This document shows, piece after piece, positions 9,493 through 18,789 of a stretch of DNA of 64,000 nt (positions are counted from its first letter, which is position 1; each line of letters opens with the position of its first letter). The notes under the pieces are model-generated. The model ran no database searches and was not told where the DNA came from. It saw only the letters and a program-made list of their open reading frames with translations. Source of the stretch: an uncultured Verrucomicrobiota bacterium. Lineage in GTDB: Bacteria; Verrucomicrobiota; Verrucomicrobiia; Limisphaerales; UBA1319. A program made the position numbers and the translations under genes. The DNA lies in the NCBI GenBank assembly GCA_964538065.1, contig CAZIDG010000001.1:73998-137997 (forward strand), in the 5' to 3' direction.

Positions 9493-11694
9493 TTAGGGAT
9501 TTCGAAACGGAATCGCCAGACGATAGAGGGAATGCTGCTGGCTGCGTTTGGGGATGAACTGGCGCACCGGCTGGATGGGGGCATGACCTTCGTCCCATGC
9601 GCAGAGCACTGCATAACCCTTCTCCACACACTGGGCGACATCCATGCTGCGCGGACCAGAGAATGACCTGTCGCCGTAATAGGTCGATGAAGTGTTCTGG
9701 CCTTGCATCAGCTTGATAAAGCCCCCTGCAGTGGCTGCCTCTGCCATATCCATGCTGATGGCATGGTCACCTTGTCCAAAGGCCTGGCGCCGCTGGAAGA
9801 TAATCTGTGAAAAGGACTGGCTGGCCTGCTGGACGAAATCCACGAGGTATTCACCTTTTTCCTGACCAAGGTTGATTTGCCGAACCTGTCCGGATTTGAG
9901 TTCTCCCAAGGTATAAATGCGGTCGCGGACGATCAGGCGCGCATGGGTCAAGGAACGATCCAGGTGGTTGCGAATGAGCAACTCCTCGCCTTTGTCATTG
10001 TGGGAAACAGTCATTTCCAATGGCATTGGAGCGCTCTGCCACCAGTCATATACAAACAATTGGCTCGTCCAGACAGGTGCAAACAAATTTGCCGAGAACC
10101 CCGTGTCGTTTTGTTGCACCTCCGCCTTGCATGATTCCTGCCCGCCTCCCCATGTTCCCTGAGATTCACCCCTTAGAGAGGAGTAGCCCAGACGCCCCTC
10201 GACCTTGTAGTGAGCATTGATGGGGGAGTAGATCGTCGCATAGGTGTTGCCGCGCAGTTGAGCCCGATCGCCACGCGGGTGGACATCCACAACGTGCAAT
10301 TCATTCCACTCTATATCCCCCGATCGGAGTCGATAGCCAATAAAATATATCAAGAGGGAAAACAATATCACATAGATGGGGAAAGTGATCCAGGTGAGCA
10401 TCGTACGGTTCAATTTCTTAAGGTAGTACTGGTCCACGGGGCCAATGACTGCCAGGTAGGTGATGAGCAACATCAAAAGCCAGAAAGCTGGAAGCTTGCG
10501 GATCTGACGGCTTTCCAGCAGCGAGGCAAATACACCATCCAATCCCTGTCCACTTGAGATGTAATGATCCTTTTGCCTATAGATAGCGGGTGAGACATTG
10601 GCCAGATACACCCAGAACCAGGGGCGCAATTTCCAACTCCGAAATGGCTCCCGTTCCGGATTAAAGGTTAAACAGGTAATGCGTCCGCGGCCAGAGGGAG
10701 ATTGCTGTATCAGTGGCACACCATGGGATTGTGCCACTGTCACACTTTGTCGTGTGGGGCCTGTACAGACAGCAAGAGAGGTCTGGGCAAAATCATTGTC
10801 GATGACCTCGTTAAAGTCGGGCAATGTCCCGGAGTCATTTTGAGCGGAGGCACCGGCAAGGCCTTTTATGGCTTGTTTGGGTTTCTGTGATGATGGAGTC
10901 CCTGGCGCATTTGTTATGGATTGAAGACATGCATGGAGACTATTTCCAACCTGCACGACATCAGTCGATTGAGGATCGATGGGAAGGATGGCCTTAAGCC
11001 ATGGCAGCCCATTGAGATCACCCGGTTGTTCGATGGCAACGACAAGGTGCCCTCCCTGATGCAGCCAGGCCAACAAGGCGTTGACTTGAGGGGCGGTGAG
11101 TTCAAGGGCTTTCTCCGTATTCAGGTAAAGACAATCCATGGCTTCCAACGTAATGGGATTGTCCGGAAAGAGCTCTGGACGGAGATGGGAGATGGCAGGT
11201 TTGAAATCATCCTGACTATTTCCGACTCCAGGCAAAACAGGAAGCCCGGAGAAATTGCGGGGGAGGGCGCCCAGAAGAGTCGATTGCTCAAGGACCTCGT
11301 GCCGGGCCTTCAAGTTGGGTAATTCAGCACGTTTTTTGCCTTTTTCATCGAACAAGGTGGCATCCCACGCATTATAGCGTCCGCTCGCGAACACCGGAAT
11401 GACAATCCGTTTGCGAGTGTTGGTGGGGAGTTCAACTGAAACCCGTCGGATCTGACCACCAGACAACTGGGCGTTGGAAATCTGGACTACGGCGTTAAAG
11501 GTGGGACCATCGTTCGATACTTCGATCACCACGGGGAACCAGTTCATGACGCGAACCGAACCATCCAAACCAAGAAAGGCGTCAAATTGAATCGCCCTGG
11601 CGAGAATGCAACTCCAGAAGAACAGCACCAAAATGGTCGCTGATAGGGGCCTCAGCCGTTGATAATTTATTGCAATGCAGGTATTTGCTTTCAT
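9493..11694 (-). CDS. large membrane protein of unknown function, possible ABC-transporter auxiliary (GldG-like) component
   Basis: 733-aa ORF with an N-terminal signal/anchor (LSATILVLFFWSCILARA). An extracytoplasmic domain of ~370 aa contains LTAPQVNALLAWLHQGGHLVVAIEQPG. Two central TM helices (FWLLMLLITYLAVIG, WITFPIYVILFSLLIYFIGY) are followed by a ~300-aa C-terminal domain. The function is only inferred from operon context. Confidence 0.45.
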   Translation of the reverse strand: MKANTCIAINYQRLRPLSATILVLFFWSCILARAIQFDAFLGLDGSVRVMNWFPVVIEVSNDGPTFNAVVQISNAQLSGGQIRRVSVELPTNTRKRIVIPVFASGRYNAWDATLFDEKGKKRAELPNLKARHEVLEQSTLLGALPRNFSGLPVLPGVGNSQDDFKPAISHLRPELFPDNPITLEAMDCLYLNTEKALELTAPQVNALLAWLHQGGHLVVAIEQPGDLNGLPWLKAILPIDPQSTDVVQVGNSLHACLQSITNAPGTPSSQKPKQAIKGLAGASAQNDSGTLPDFNEVIDNDFAQTSLAVCTGPTRQSVTVAQSHGVPLIQQSPSGRGRITCLTFNPEREPFRSWKLRPWFWVYLANVSPAIYRQKDHYISSGQGLDGVFASLLESRQIRKLPAFWLLMLLITYLAVIGPVDQYYLKKLNRTMLTWITFPIYVILFSLLIYFIGYRLRSGDIEWNELHVVDVHPRGDRAQLRGNTYATIYSPINAHYKVEGRLGYSSLRGESQGTWGGGQESCKAEVQQNDTGFSANLFAPVWTSQLFVYDWWQSAPMPLEMTVSHNDKGEELLIRNHLDRSLTHARLIVRDRIYTLGELKSGQVRQINLGQEKGEYLVDFVQQASQSFSQIIFQRRQAFGQGDHAISMDMAEAATAGGFIKLMQGQNTSSTYYGDRSFSGPRSMDVAQCVEKGYAVLCAWDEGHAPIQPVRQFIPKRSQQHSLYRLAIPFRNP

Positions 11695-11943
11695 GTGACC
11701 ACAAACCGCCCGCGATTCGTCTTGCGCAATTTCCGGCCACGAGCATTATCAGCAAATTCTATGCCTGAAAAGCGGAAAAACAAGTTGGTCCCGATCAAAT
11801 AGGGGCTGGAGCCCGGCCCAGCACGCAGGGGCGTTGGTGGAAAAAACTTGCCATGCTTGCCTGAGCGCCGTGATGATGCCCGAGTTTTAACCAAATAACC
11901 CGGTTTGAATATAACAACGAATTCATCAGCAGAAAGCCCTTCC

Positions 11944-12711
11944 ATGGGGATACCCAAGAAGGTGGGGGACCGGATATTGACGCGCGGCGATGCCAGGCAA
12001 GGGTACGCTGGGCACCTGGCGCGCAATCTGGAAGAGGTGAAGGCTGCGCAACGATTGCGCTTCGAGGTGTTCAATCTCGAGATGCAGGAAGGACTGCCGC
12101 AGTCGTTTTCGTTGGGGCTCGATGTCGATCCCTTTGATGCGGTTTGTGATCATCTGGTGGTGGAGGAGCTGCAAACGGGGCGCATTGTGGGCACGTATCG
12201 ATTCCAGACGGGGCTTAAAGCGTTGGAAAATCGTGGCTATTACAGTGCCCAGGAGTTTGATTTAAGTCCCTTTGATAAAGTGCGGAGTGAGGTGATCGAA
12301 TTGGGACGTGCCTGTGTGCATGCCCAACACCGCAACCTGGCTGTGCTGGGATTTCTATGGCGAGGCATTGCGGATTATGCCCGTCAGAAGGGGGGGCGTT
12401 ACTTGATTGGGTGCAGTTCCTTGTCCTCCCAGGATCCCACAGTGGGGGCAAGTGCATATGAGGAAATGAAAGACCGCCATCTGGTCGAACCAGCATTCCG
12501 CGTGCAGCCTTTACCCCAAACGGCTTGCCCCATGGACCAAAAAAGTGCCAATCCGCCCAAAATACCCAAGTTGCTCGGGGCTTATCTATCGATTGGCGCC
12601 AAGATTTGTGGTCCGCCGGCGATTGACCGGGAGTTTAAGACGATCGATTTTCTTACCTTGATTGATCTGGCATCGCTGCCGCCCCAGACCATCAAACGGT
12701 ACCTCAGTTGA
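11944..12711 (+). CDS. olsB: GNAT-like N-acyltransferase of the OlsB/GlsB (hemolysin-like) type, aminolipid synthesis step 1
   Basis: ORF 11905..12711 begins with TTG; the first ATG is at 11944. Motifs AQRLRFEVFNLEM, DVDPFDAVCDHLVV, VGTYRFQ, IELGRACVH and LWRGIADYA match the acyl-ACP-dependent amino-acid N-acyltransferase family. Confidence 0.75.
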   Translation: MGIPKKVGDRILTRGDARQGYAGHLARNLEEVKAAQRLRFEVFNLEMQEGLPQSFSLGLDVDPFDAVCDHLVVEELQTGRIVGTYRFQTGLKALENRGYYSAQEFDLSPFDKVRSEVIELGRACVHAQHRNLAVLGFLWRGIADYARQKGGRYLIGCSSLSSQDPTVGASAYEEMKDRHLVEPAFRVQPLPQTACPMDQKSANPPKIPKLLGAYLSIGAKICGPPAIDREFKTIDFLTLIDLASLPPQTIKRYLS

Positions 12712-12760
12712 GGCCGAATACACCGGACGGCCCTCGAGGGTGGCAGGGCAAGCAATCATC

Positions 12761-13516
12761 ATGAAACGGCATCCCATACGCGTTCTGTATCGTCTGGTGG
12801 TTTTTCTGGGGATCGCAGTGTTCTCGATTTTGGATGCGATGGTGTTCATTCAGTTGGCTGGACACGGTGGCGATTACCGGCGGCGTGCCTTGTGGTTGCA
12901 GAAGTGGAGCCGCCGCACCTTGCGCTCCTTTGGATGGTGCAGCACTTACAGCGGAGAACCTCCCAAGACGGGAATCCTTGTCAGCAACCATTTGAGCTAT
13001 TTGGATATCCTCGTGTTGGCAGCCCGGCATCCCACCATCTTTGTGGCCAAGCGCGAAGTGAGAAGTTGGCCGTTGATTGGCTGGTGTGCTCAATGTGCGG
13101 GCACCCTGTTCATCAACCGCGAGAAAAAATCGGATGTAAAACGCCTGGAGACGGAATTGGTTCCCGTGATCGAGAGCGGGGTGTGTTTATGCCTTTTCCT
13201 TGAAGGCACCAGCACCGGTGGCCAGGAGGTGCTGCCCTTTCGATCCGGCTTGCTGGCTCCTGCTGAGGCCATGCATTGGCCCGTGACGCCTGTCTGGATT
13301 GGATACCGGTTGGAGGAGGGTTCCGTATCGGATGAAGTCTGCTATTGGAGGGACATGGTGTTTTTTCCTCATTTCTTGAACCTGCTCTCGAAGGTACACT
13401 TGCGACCTGCTGTTGTGTTTGGCGATTCCTTGCCGCCCGGATTGGACCGCAAGACCATGGCCACGCAATTGCATGAGCAAATCAGCCAGCACAACCGGGA
13501 TTTTCACGCCGATTGA
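12761..13516 (+). CDS. olsA: lysophospholipid/lyso-aminolipid O-acyltransferase (PlsC family, OlsA/GlsA-like)
   Basis: H(X)4D acyltransferase motif SNHLSYLDI and downstream FLEGTSTGG. Start placed at ATG 12761 (MKRHPIRVLYRLVVFLGIAVF, a TM helix). It follows the OlsB-like gene by 49 nt. Confidence 0.75.
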   Translation: MKRHPIRVLYRLVVFLGIAVFSILDAMVFIQLAGHGGDYRRRALWLQKWSRRTLRSFGWCSTYSGEPPKTGILVSNHLSYLDILVLAARHPTIFVAKREVRSWPLIGWCAQCAGTLFINREKKSDVKRLETELVPVIESGVCLCLFLEGTSTGGQEVLPFRSGLLAPAEAMHWPVTPVWIGYRLEEGSVSDEVCYWRDMVFFPHFLNLLSKVHLRPAVVFGDSLPPGLDRKTMATQLHEQISQHNRDFHAD

Positions 13517-13652
13517 TTGATCCGGCCCCCTGACGTTTCAGACACTGCCCGCCAAGCCAGATCCTGGCCGTCTCCGACATCTTAAAATTTTGCAGATGGC
13601 AATAATTTTGCTTTCCCGTTGCTGCAAAATGGCTTTTGATCGCAAGGTCGGC

Positions 13653-14873
13653 ATGAAAAGGCCTTTTTACTCTTTGTGGGTCATGGTGAGCGTTGTTGCT
13701 CTTGTTTGGACATCTTGTGGTCGGACAGAGCGAACGACGGCATCCTCCAAGGGGTCTTCTGTTGAACCCAAACGGGTGCGCGTGGCGCAAGTCACCGCCC
13801 GCCCCATGGAACGAATCATCACCCTCACCGGAACACTTACCGCGCGTGAACAGACAACAATCAGCAGCAAGGTGTCAGGCCGCTTGCAGCAGGTGGTCGT
13901 GGATATGGGAACCCAGGTTCGGCAAGGGGATCTCCTGGCGCAGATCGAACCTCGCGATTACGAATTAAAAGTACAGCAGGCGGCGGCCGCGGTATCGCAA
14001 GCCCGGGCTGATTTGGGATTGCCTCTGGAAGGGGATAACGATCACGTGGAGATCGATGCGGTCAACGCCGTCAAGCAGGCGGCCGCCGTGCTGGATGAAG
14101 CAGCTCAAAATCGTGATCGTGTCCTAAGCCTCGTCAAGGCGGGCATTGCCACCCAATCCGAATCCGAAACGGTCGAATCCGCCTACAAAGTTGCCGCGGC
14201 GCGCTTGGAGACAGCTCGCGAGGAAACCCGAACCCGCATGGCGGCCCTGGTTCAGCGACGGGCGGAGTATGAGATTGCAGCCAAGCAGCTTTCAGATTCG
14301 GCCATCCGGGCACCTTTTGATGGGACCATTCAGGAACGGTTGGCGAATACCGGCCAGTATGCAGCTGTGGGCACTGCCATTGCAACCCTTGTAAAAGCCG
14401 AGCCTCTGCGCCTGCGCCTGGATGTGCCTGAACGCGAGTCGTCGCTTGTGAGTACGGGCCAACTGGTCCGGCTGTCTGTGGAGGGCTGCACCAATAATTT
14501 TCAAGGATGGCTTGCCCGTTTGAGCCCGGCGTTGGACGACGCGACGCGGACCTTGCGAGTCGAGGCCGACGTGCCTGGGCAGGGACTGTTGCGTCCTGGC
14601 TTGTTTGCTCGAGCCCGGATTGTGGTTTCTGCGCAGGAACCGGTTATGTGTGTGCCACTTAATGGGCTCGTCACCTTTGCCGGCATTGAGAAAGTGGTTC
14701 TGGTGCGGGATGGCAAGGCCCTGGAAACCCCTGTCACCACCGGACGCCGGGAAGATGCGTGGTGCGAAATATTGGAGGGTGTGTCGTCTCAGGACCAGGT
14801 CGTGCTGGATGCGATGGGCTTGCATACGGGGCAGCCTGTGGTTGTGGAGTCCGTGTCCGACACAAAGAAATAA
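13653..14873 (+). CDS. RND efflux periplasmic adaptor (membrane fusion protein, HlyD family)
   Basis: Signal/anchor MKRPFYSLWVMVSVVALVWTSCG. Lipoyl-like motif VSGRLQQVVVDMGTQVRQGDLLAQIEP, a coiled-coil segment and a beta-barrel domain. It lies 15 nt upstream of the RND pump. The ORF-track start 13590 is TTG. Confidence 0.85.
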   Translation: MKRPFYSLWVMVSVVALVWTSCGRTERTTASSKGSSVEPKRVRVAQVTARPMERIITLTGTLTAREQTTISSKVSGRLQQVVVDMGTQVRQGDLLAQIEPRDYELKVQQAAAAVSQARADLGLPLEGDNDHVEIDAVNAVKQAAAVLDEAAQNRDRVLSLVKAGIATQSESETVESAYKVAAARLETAREETRTRMAALVQRRAEYEIAAKQLSDSAIRAPFDGTIQERLANTGQYAAVGTAIATLVKAEPLRLRLDVPERESSLVSTGQLVRLSVEGCTNNFQGWLARLSPALDDATRTLRVEADVPGQGLLRPGLFARARIVVSAQEPVMCVPLNGLVTFAGIEKVVLVRDGKALETPVTTGRREDAWCEILEGVSSQDQVVLDAMGLHTGQPVVVESVSDTKK

Positions 14874-14888
14874 GCTTCGTTCCTTCTC

Positions 14889-17800
14889 ATGCAAAAACTG
14901 GCTGAAATCTGTATCCGACGCCCTGTGTTTGCGACCATGATCGTATTGACGCTGGTCGTGCTCGGGGCTGCCAGTTATTTGCGACTTAATGTGGATCGGT
15001 TTCCCTCCGTGGACCTGCCCACGGTGCGCATCAATGTGCGTTTATCGGGAGCGGCCCCAGAGGAAATGGAGTCACAGGTTTCCCAGCCGATTGAAGAATC
15101 CGTCAATACCATTCAGGGCATCAAGGAACTGCGTTCGGTGAGCGGGGCAGGATCCTCATTTGTTGTTGTTACTTTTGATTTGGACCGCGAGATTGAGGCA
15201 GCCGCCCAGGATGTGCGCGACCGGGTGGGTACGGTAACGCGTGAGTTGCCCGAAGATGTCGATCCTCCGACGATTGCGAAGGCTGACACCGATCAGTCAC
15301 CGATCCTCTCCATCGCTCTGAGCGGTGATCGTTCCCAGCGAGAGTTGACCGAAATAGCGGACAAGATCGTCAAGCCTCAGATCGAACGCTCGTCCGGGGT
15401 CGGTGAGGTCAATGTAATGGGGGGATTCGATCGTTCCATCAACGTGTGGGTGGATGCGGACCGGCTGGCGGCCTATAAACTGCCCATTACCGCTGTGCGG
15501 GAAGCGGTGGAGCGCCAGAACGCCAACACACCAGGCGGCAACGTGACGGGGTCCCTTCGGGAAATGACCCTGCGCACGATGGGGCGATTCACCGAACCGC
15601 GCGATTTTAATGAATTGGTCATTGCCACCCGGAATGGCATCCCCATCAAGGTGCGGGACATTGGATGGGCCGAGGATGGAATCAAGGAGCAACGATCCTT
15701 TTCACGGCTGGATGGAAAACCCACTGCCGCATTGGACGTGTTGCGCCAATCGGGGGCCAATACTGTGGAGGTCATCGAGGGGGTGAAGGAACGTCTGGCA
15801 ACATTGCGCTCGCAATTGCCCGAAGACATCAGGGTGGAGGTGATTCGCGACCAGTCCCTGTACATCCACGAAGCCCTCTATGAAATCAAACGGCATTTGG
15901 TTTTAGGCAGCATCCTTGCCTGCCTGGTGGTCATGCTTTTCATGCGAAACTGGAGGGCCACGGTGATCGCCGCTGTGGCCATTCCGACCTCTGTCATTGC
16001 TACCTTTGGGATGATGAAGGCCCTGAATTTCACCTTGAACAGCGTAACCATGCTGGCCTTGGTGCTCATGGTAGGGGTGGTGATCGATGATGCGATCGTG
16101 GTGCTCGAGAACATCTTCCGGTTCATCGAGGAAAAGGGGATGAGACCATTCGAGGCGGCCCGCGCCGCCACGGCGGAAATTGGAATGGCGGTTATGGCGA
16201 CCACATTCAGTCTGGTGGTGATCTTTGTGCCGGTCAGTTTCATGTCGAGCATTTCGGGGCGTTTTCTGTATCAGTTTGGCATTACATCGGCAGTGGCCGT
16301 GCTGGTCAGCCTGGTGGTTTCCTTCACCTTGACCCCCATGATGAGCGCGCGATTATTGCGCACGACACGTCCAACAGATGCGCCTGCCGGCCATGCCCCC
16401 AAGTCCCGCGGCGGTTTCTATGGTTGGTTGGATCGCGGATATGTGAGTGTGCTTGGGCGTGCCTTGCGCCATCGGGCTCTGGTGGCTGCGCTGGCTTTGC
16501 TGGTCATGGTGTCGGCCATACCCCTTTACATGCTGGTGCGCCAGGAATACCTGCCCAGCAACGTGGATGAAGGCGAGTTTGACGTCATGCTGACTGCTCC
16601 CGAGGGCACTGGCATGGGGCCGATCCGCGAAATCGCCTTGAAGGTGGAGAAGGAGTTGCGCGAGACACCTGGAGTGCGGACCGTCCTGACCACGGCCGGG
16701 GGCGGATTCCTGGGGGGAGTTAATAGCGCTCGATTCTTTGTCAAGCTGGTGCCTCATGACCAGCGCACATTTCAGTGGAAAAACCTGTTTCAATGGCCGC
16801 CATGGAAGGCGTTCAAAGACATTCATACCCAGCGCGACATCCAGCAGGACATTCGCAAGAGACTGCGCGGCCTGCCTGATGTTCGCATTTCCATCCGCAA
16901 TCCGCAGACGTTCGTTGGGGGTGGGGCCAACTGGGATATTGATTTTGCGCTGCTCGGACCCGATTTGACCACGTTGTTCAACTATGCGGAACGCCTCCGT
17001 CTGAAGGGGGCGGAACTGGGCCTTTTGGATGCGGATACCACCCTGAAGCTCGACAAACCCGAGTTGCAGGTTGTGATTGACCGGGACCGCGCCGCGCGCC
17101 TGGGGGTGGACACGGAGGACATTGCCACCGCCCTGCGGATCATGGTGGGGGGCGATTTGCAGGTGACCCGCTTCAGGGATGAAAGCATGAACGAGGACTA
17201 CGACGTCCAGGTGCGCCTGCAGGAGTCCGATCGCAACACGGCTGAGGGAGTCAAACACCTGTATGTTCCGAGTCAGAGTGGAAGTCTGGTGCGTTTGGAT
17301 AACCTGGTCAAATTCGTCGCCGCCCAGACACCATCGCGCATCGACCGCCTGGATCGCCAGCGGCAGGTGAGTTTGCGCGCCTCTGTGGCGCCGGGTTTTG
17401 CGCAGGCCGATCGCATTGCTGCCCTCAAGGAGGAAGTTCAGAAAATGGGGCTCCCGACGGGGTATTCGACCCGTGTCTCAGGCCGGGCCAGCGAATTGGA
17501 AACCACCTTCAAGGAATTTCTCTGGGCATTTGCGCTGTCGATCATTCTAATGTACATCATCCTGGCCAGCCAATTCGAAAGCCTGGTGCATCCACTGACC
17601 ATCCTCCTTTCGCTGCCCATATCGGTGCCTTTTGCCTTTCTGTCCCTGCTGATTGCGAACCAGACCATCAACCTGTACTCCGCACTCGGATTGCTGGTGC
17701 TGTTTGGCGTCGTCAAGAAGAACGCGATTTTGCAGATCGACCATACCAACGGCCTTCGGGCCAAAGGGATGGAACGCATGGCAGCCATCCTCCAGGCCAA

Positions 17801-18071
17801 TCGCGAGCGGCTGCGTCCGATCCTCATGACCACCTTGACGCTCATTGCGGGCATGCTGCCCCTGGCGCTGGGGCGCGGGCCTGGCGCTGAGGAGCGGCGC
17901 GCCGTGGCTGTGGTGGTCATCGGGGGGCAGGCGCTTTGTTTGCTGCTGACCCTGGTGGTGACACCGGTCGCCTATTCCCTGCTGGATGACATGGCCCGAA
18001 AACTCCAGTGGAAACACTGGCGCATTGAAGAAGAGCAGGGGACGGCCCCCACGGGGGAAACCCCGCGATGA
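14889..18071 (+). CDS. RND family efflux transporter permease (AcrB/HAE1-like)
   Basis: 1060-aa, 12-TM architecture with N-terminal ICIRRPVFATMIVL and the TM4 motif LVLMVGVVIDDAIVVLENI. The two large periplasmic loops are duplicated. Confidence 0.95.
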   Translation: MQKLAEICIRRPVFATMIVLTLVVLGAASYLRLNVDRFPSVDLPTVRINVRLSGAAPEEMESQVSQPIEESVNTIQGIKELRSVSGAGSSFVVVTFDLDREIEAAAQDVRDRVGTVTRELPEDVDPPTIAKADTDQSPILSIALSGDRSQRELTEIADKIVKPQIERSSGVGEVNVMGGFDRSINVWVDADRLAAYKLPITAVREAVERQNANTPGGNVTGSLREMTLRTMGRFTEPRDFNELVIATRNGIPIKVRDIGWAEDGIKEQRSFSRLDGKPTAALDVLRQSGANTVEVIEGVKERLATLRSQLPEDIRVEVIRDQSLYIHEALYEIKRHLVLGSILACLVVMLFMRNWRATVIAAVAIPTSVIATFGMMKALNFTLNSVTMLALVLMVGVVIDDAIVVLENIFRFIEEKGMRPFEAARAATAEIGMAVMATTFSLVVIFVPVSFMSSISGRFLYQFGITSAVAVLVSLVVSFTLTPMMSARLLRTTRPTDAPAGHAPKSRGGFYGWLDRGYVSVLGRALRHRALVAALALLVMVSAIPLYMLVRQEYLPSNVDEGEFDVMLTAPEGTGMGPIREIALKVEKELRETPGVRTVLTTAGGGFLGGVNSARFFVKLVPHDQRTFQWKNLFQWPPWKAFKDIHTQRDIQQDIRKRLRGLPDVRISIRNPQTFVGGGANWDIDFALLGPDLTTLFNYAERLRLKGAELGLLDADTTLKLDKPELQVVIDRDRAARLGVDTEDIATALRIMVGGDLQVTRFRDESMNEDYDVQVRLQESDRNTAEGVKHLYVPSQSGSLVRLDNLVKFVAAQTPSRIDRLDRQRQVSLRASVAPGFAQADRIAALKEEVQKMGLPTGYSTRVSGRASELETTFKEFLWAFALSIILMYIILASQFESLVHPLTILLSLPISVPFAFLSLLIANQTINLYSALGLLVLFGVVKKNAILQIDHTNGLRAKGMERMAAILQANRERLRPILMTTLTLIAGMLPLALGRGPGAEERRAVAVVVIGGQALCLLLTLVVTPVAYSLLDDMARKLQWKHWRIEEEQGTAPTGETPR

Positions 18072-18181
18072 TTTTTAACTGAACCAGTGAAAAAACACCC
18101 TCGCGCGCACGACAGCGCGTCCGGGATTCTGGTTGAAAACAAACACAACACATCCGCCAACATACAAAAGGATACAAACCG

Positions 18182-18646
18182 ATGAAACTGATTGTTGCCG
18201 CCGACCCGTTTGCCGTGGCCCTAAAAAACGCGATTGTCGCGCACTTGAAAGAGAAGGGGCATGAAGTGGCAGATATGGGCGCCACTGAAGAAAAGGCGAT
18301 CCCCTATTTCGAAAGTTGTGTTACGGTGTGCAAGGCCCTTCAAGCAGGAAAGGGGGAAAGAGCCATTCTGTTTTGTGGTACTGGCATGGGCATGGCCGTG
18401 ATCGCCAACCGGTTTAAGGGCATCACAGCCTCTGTCGTGGAGTCGGTATTTGCTGCGCGGATGTGCCGGTCGATCAATAATGCGAATGTTCTCTGCCTCG
18501 GCTCCATGATATGGGGCGAGTGGATGGCCAAGGAGGCCGTGGATACATTTCTCACAACCAACCTGGCCGATGGCCTGCCGCAGTTTGCCGATTTCCTTAA
18601 AGACGCCAGTTGCAAGGTGGCTGCCATCGATCCCGCGCGTCTGTAA
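18182..18646 (+). CDS. rpiB: RpiB/LacA/LacB-family sugar-phosphate isomerase (ribose-5-phosphate isomerase B-like)
   Basis: 154 aa. N-terminal MKLIVAADPF.. and the catalytic-Cys motif LFCGTGMGMAVIANR. Confidence 0.8.
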   Translation: MKLIVAADPFAVALKNAIVAHLKEKGHEVADMGATEEKAIPYFESCVTVCKALQAGKGERAILFCGTGMGMAVIANRFKGITASVVESVFAARMCRSINNANVLCLGSMIWGEWMAKEAVDTFLTTNLADGLPQFADFLKDASCKVAAIDPARL

Positions 18647-18789
18647 AATCGCACTTCGATAACGAGACATTGCTTCAGACACAGTCCCTTTTTCAGCGGA
18701 ACAAGGGCAGAGGCACCCCACTGGCAGCGCAGGTTTCCGGATATTGTCGGGGTGTTCTCTGTCATTTGGTGATTGCCAAATGAAGTGGT

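Noticed and set aside
16353-17258. 301-aa minus-strand ORF inside the RND pump gene
   Set aside because: It is antisense to an unambiguous AcrB-like gene. It is His/Gln/Arg/Gly-rich and has no start context.
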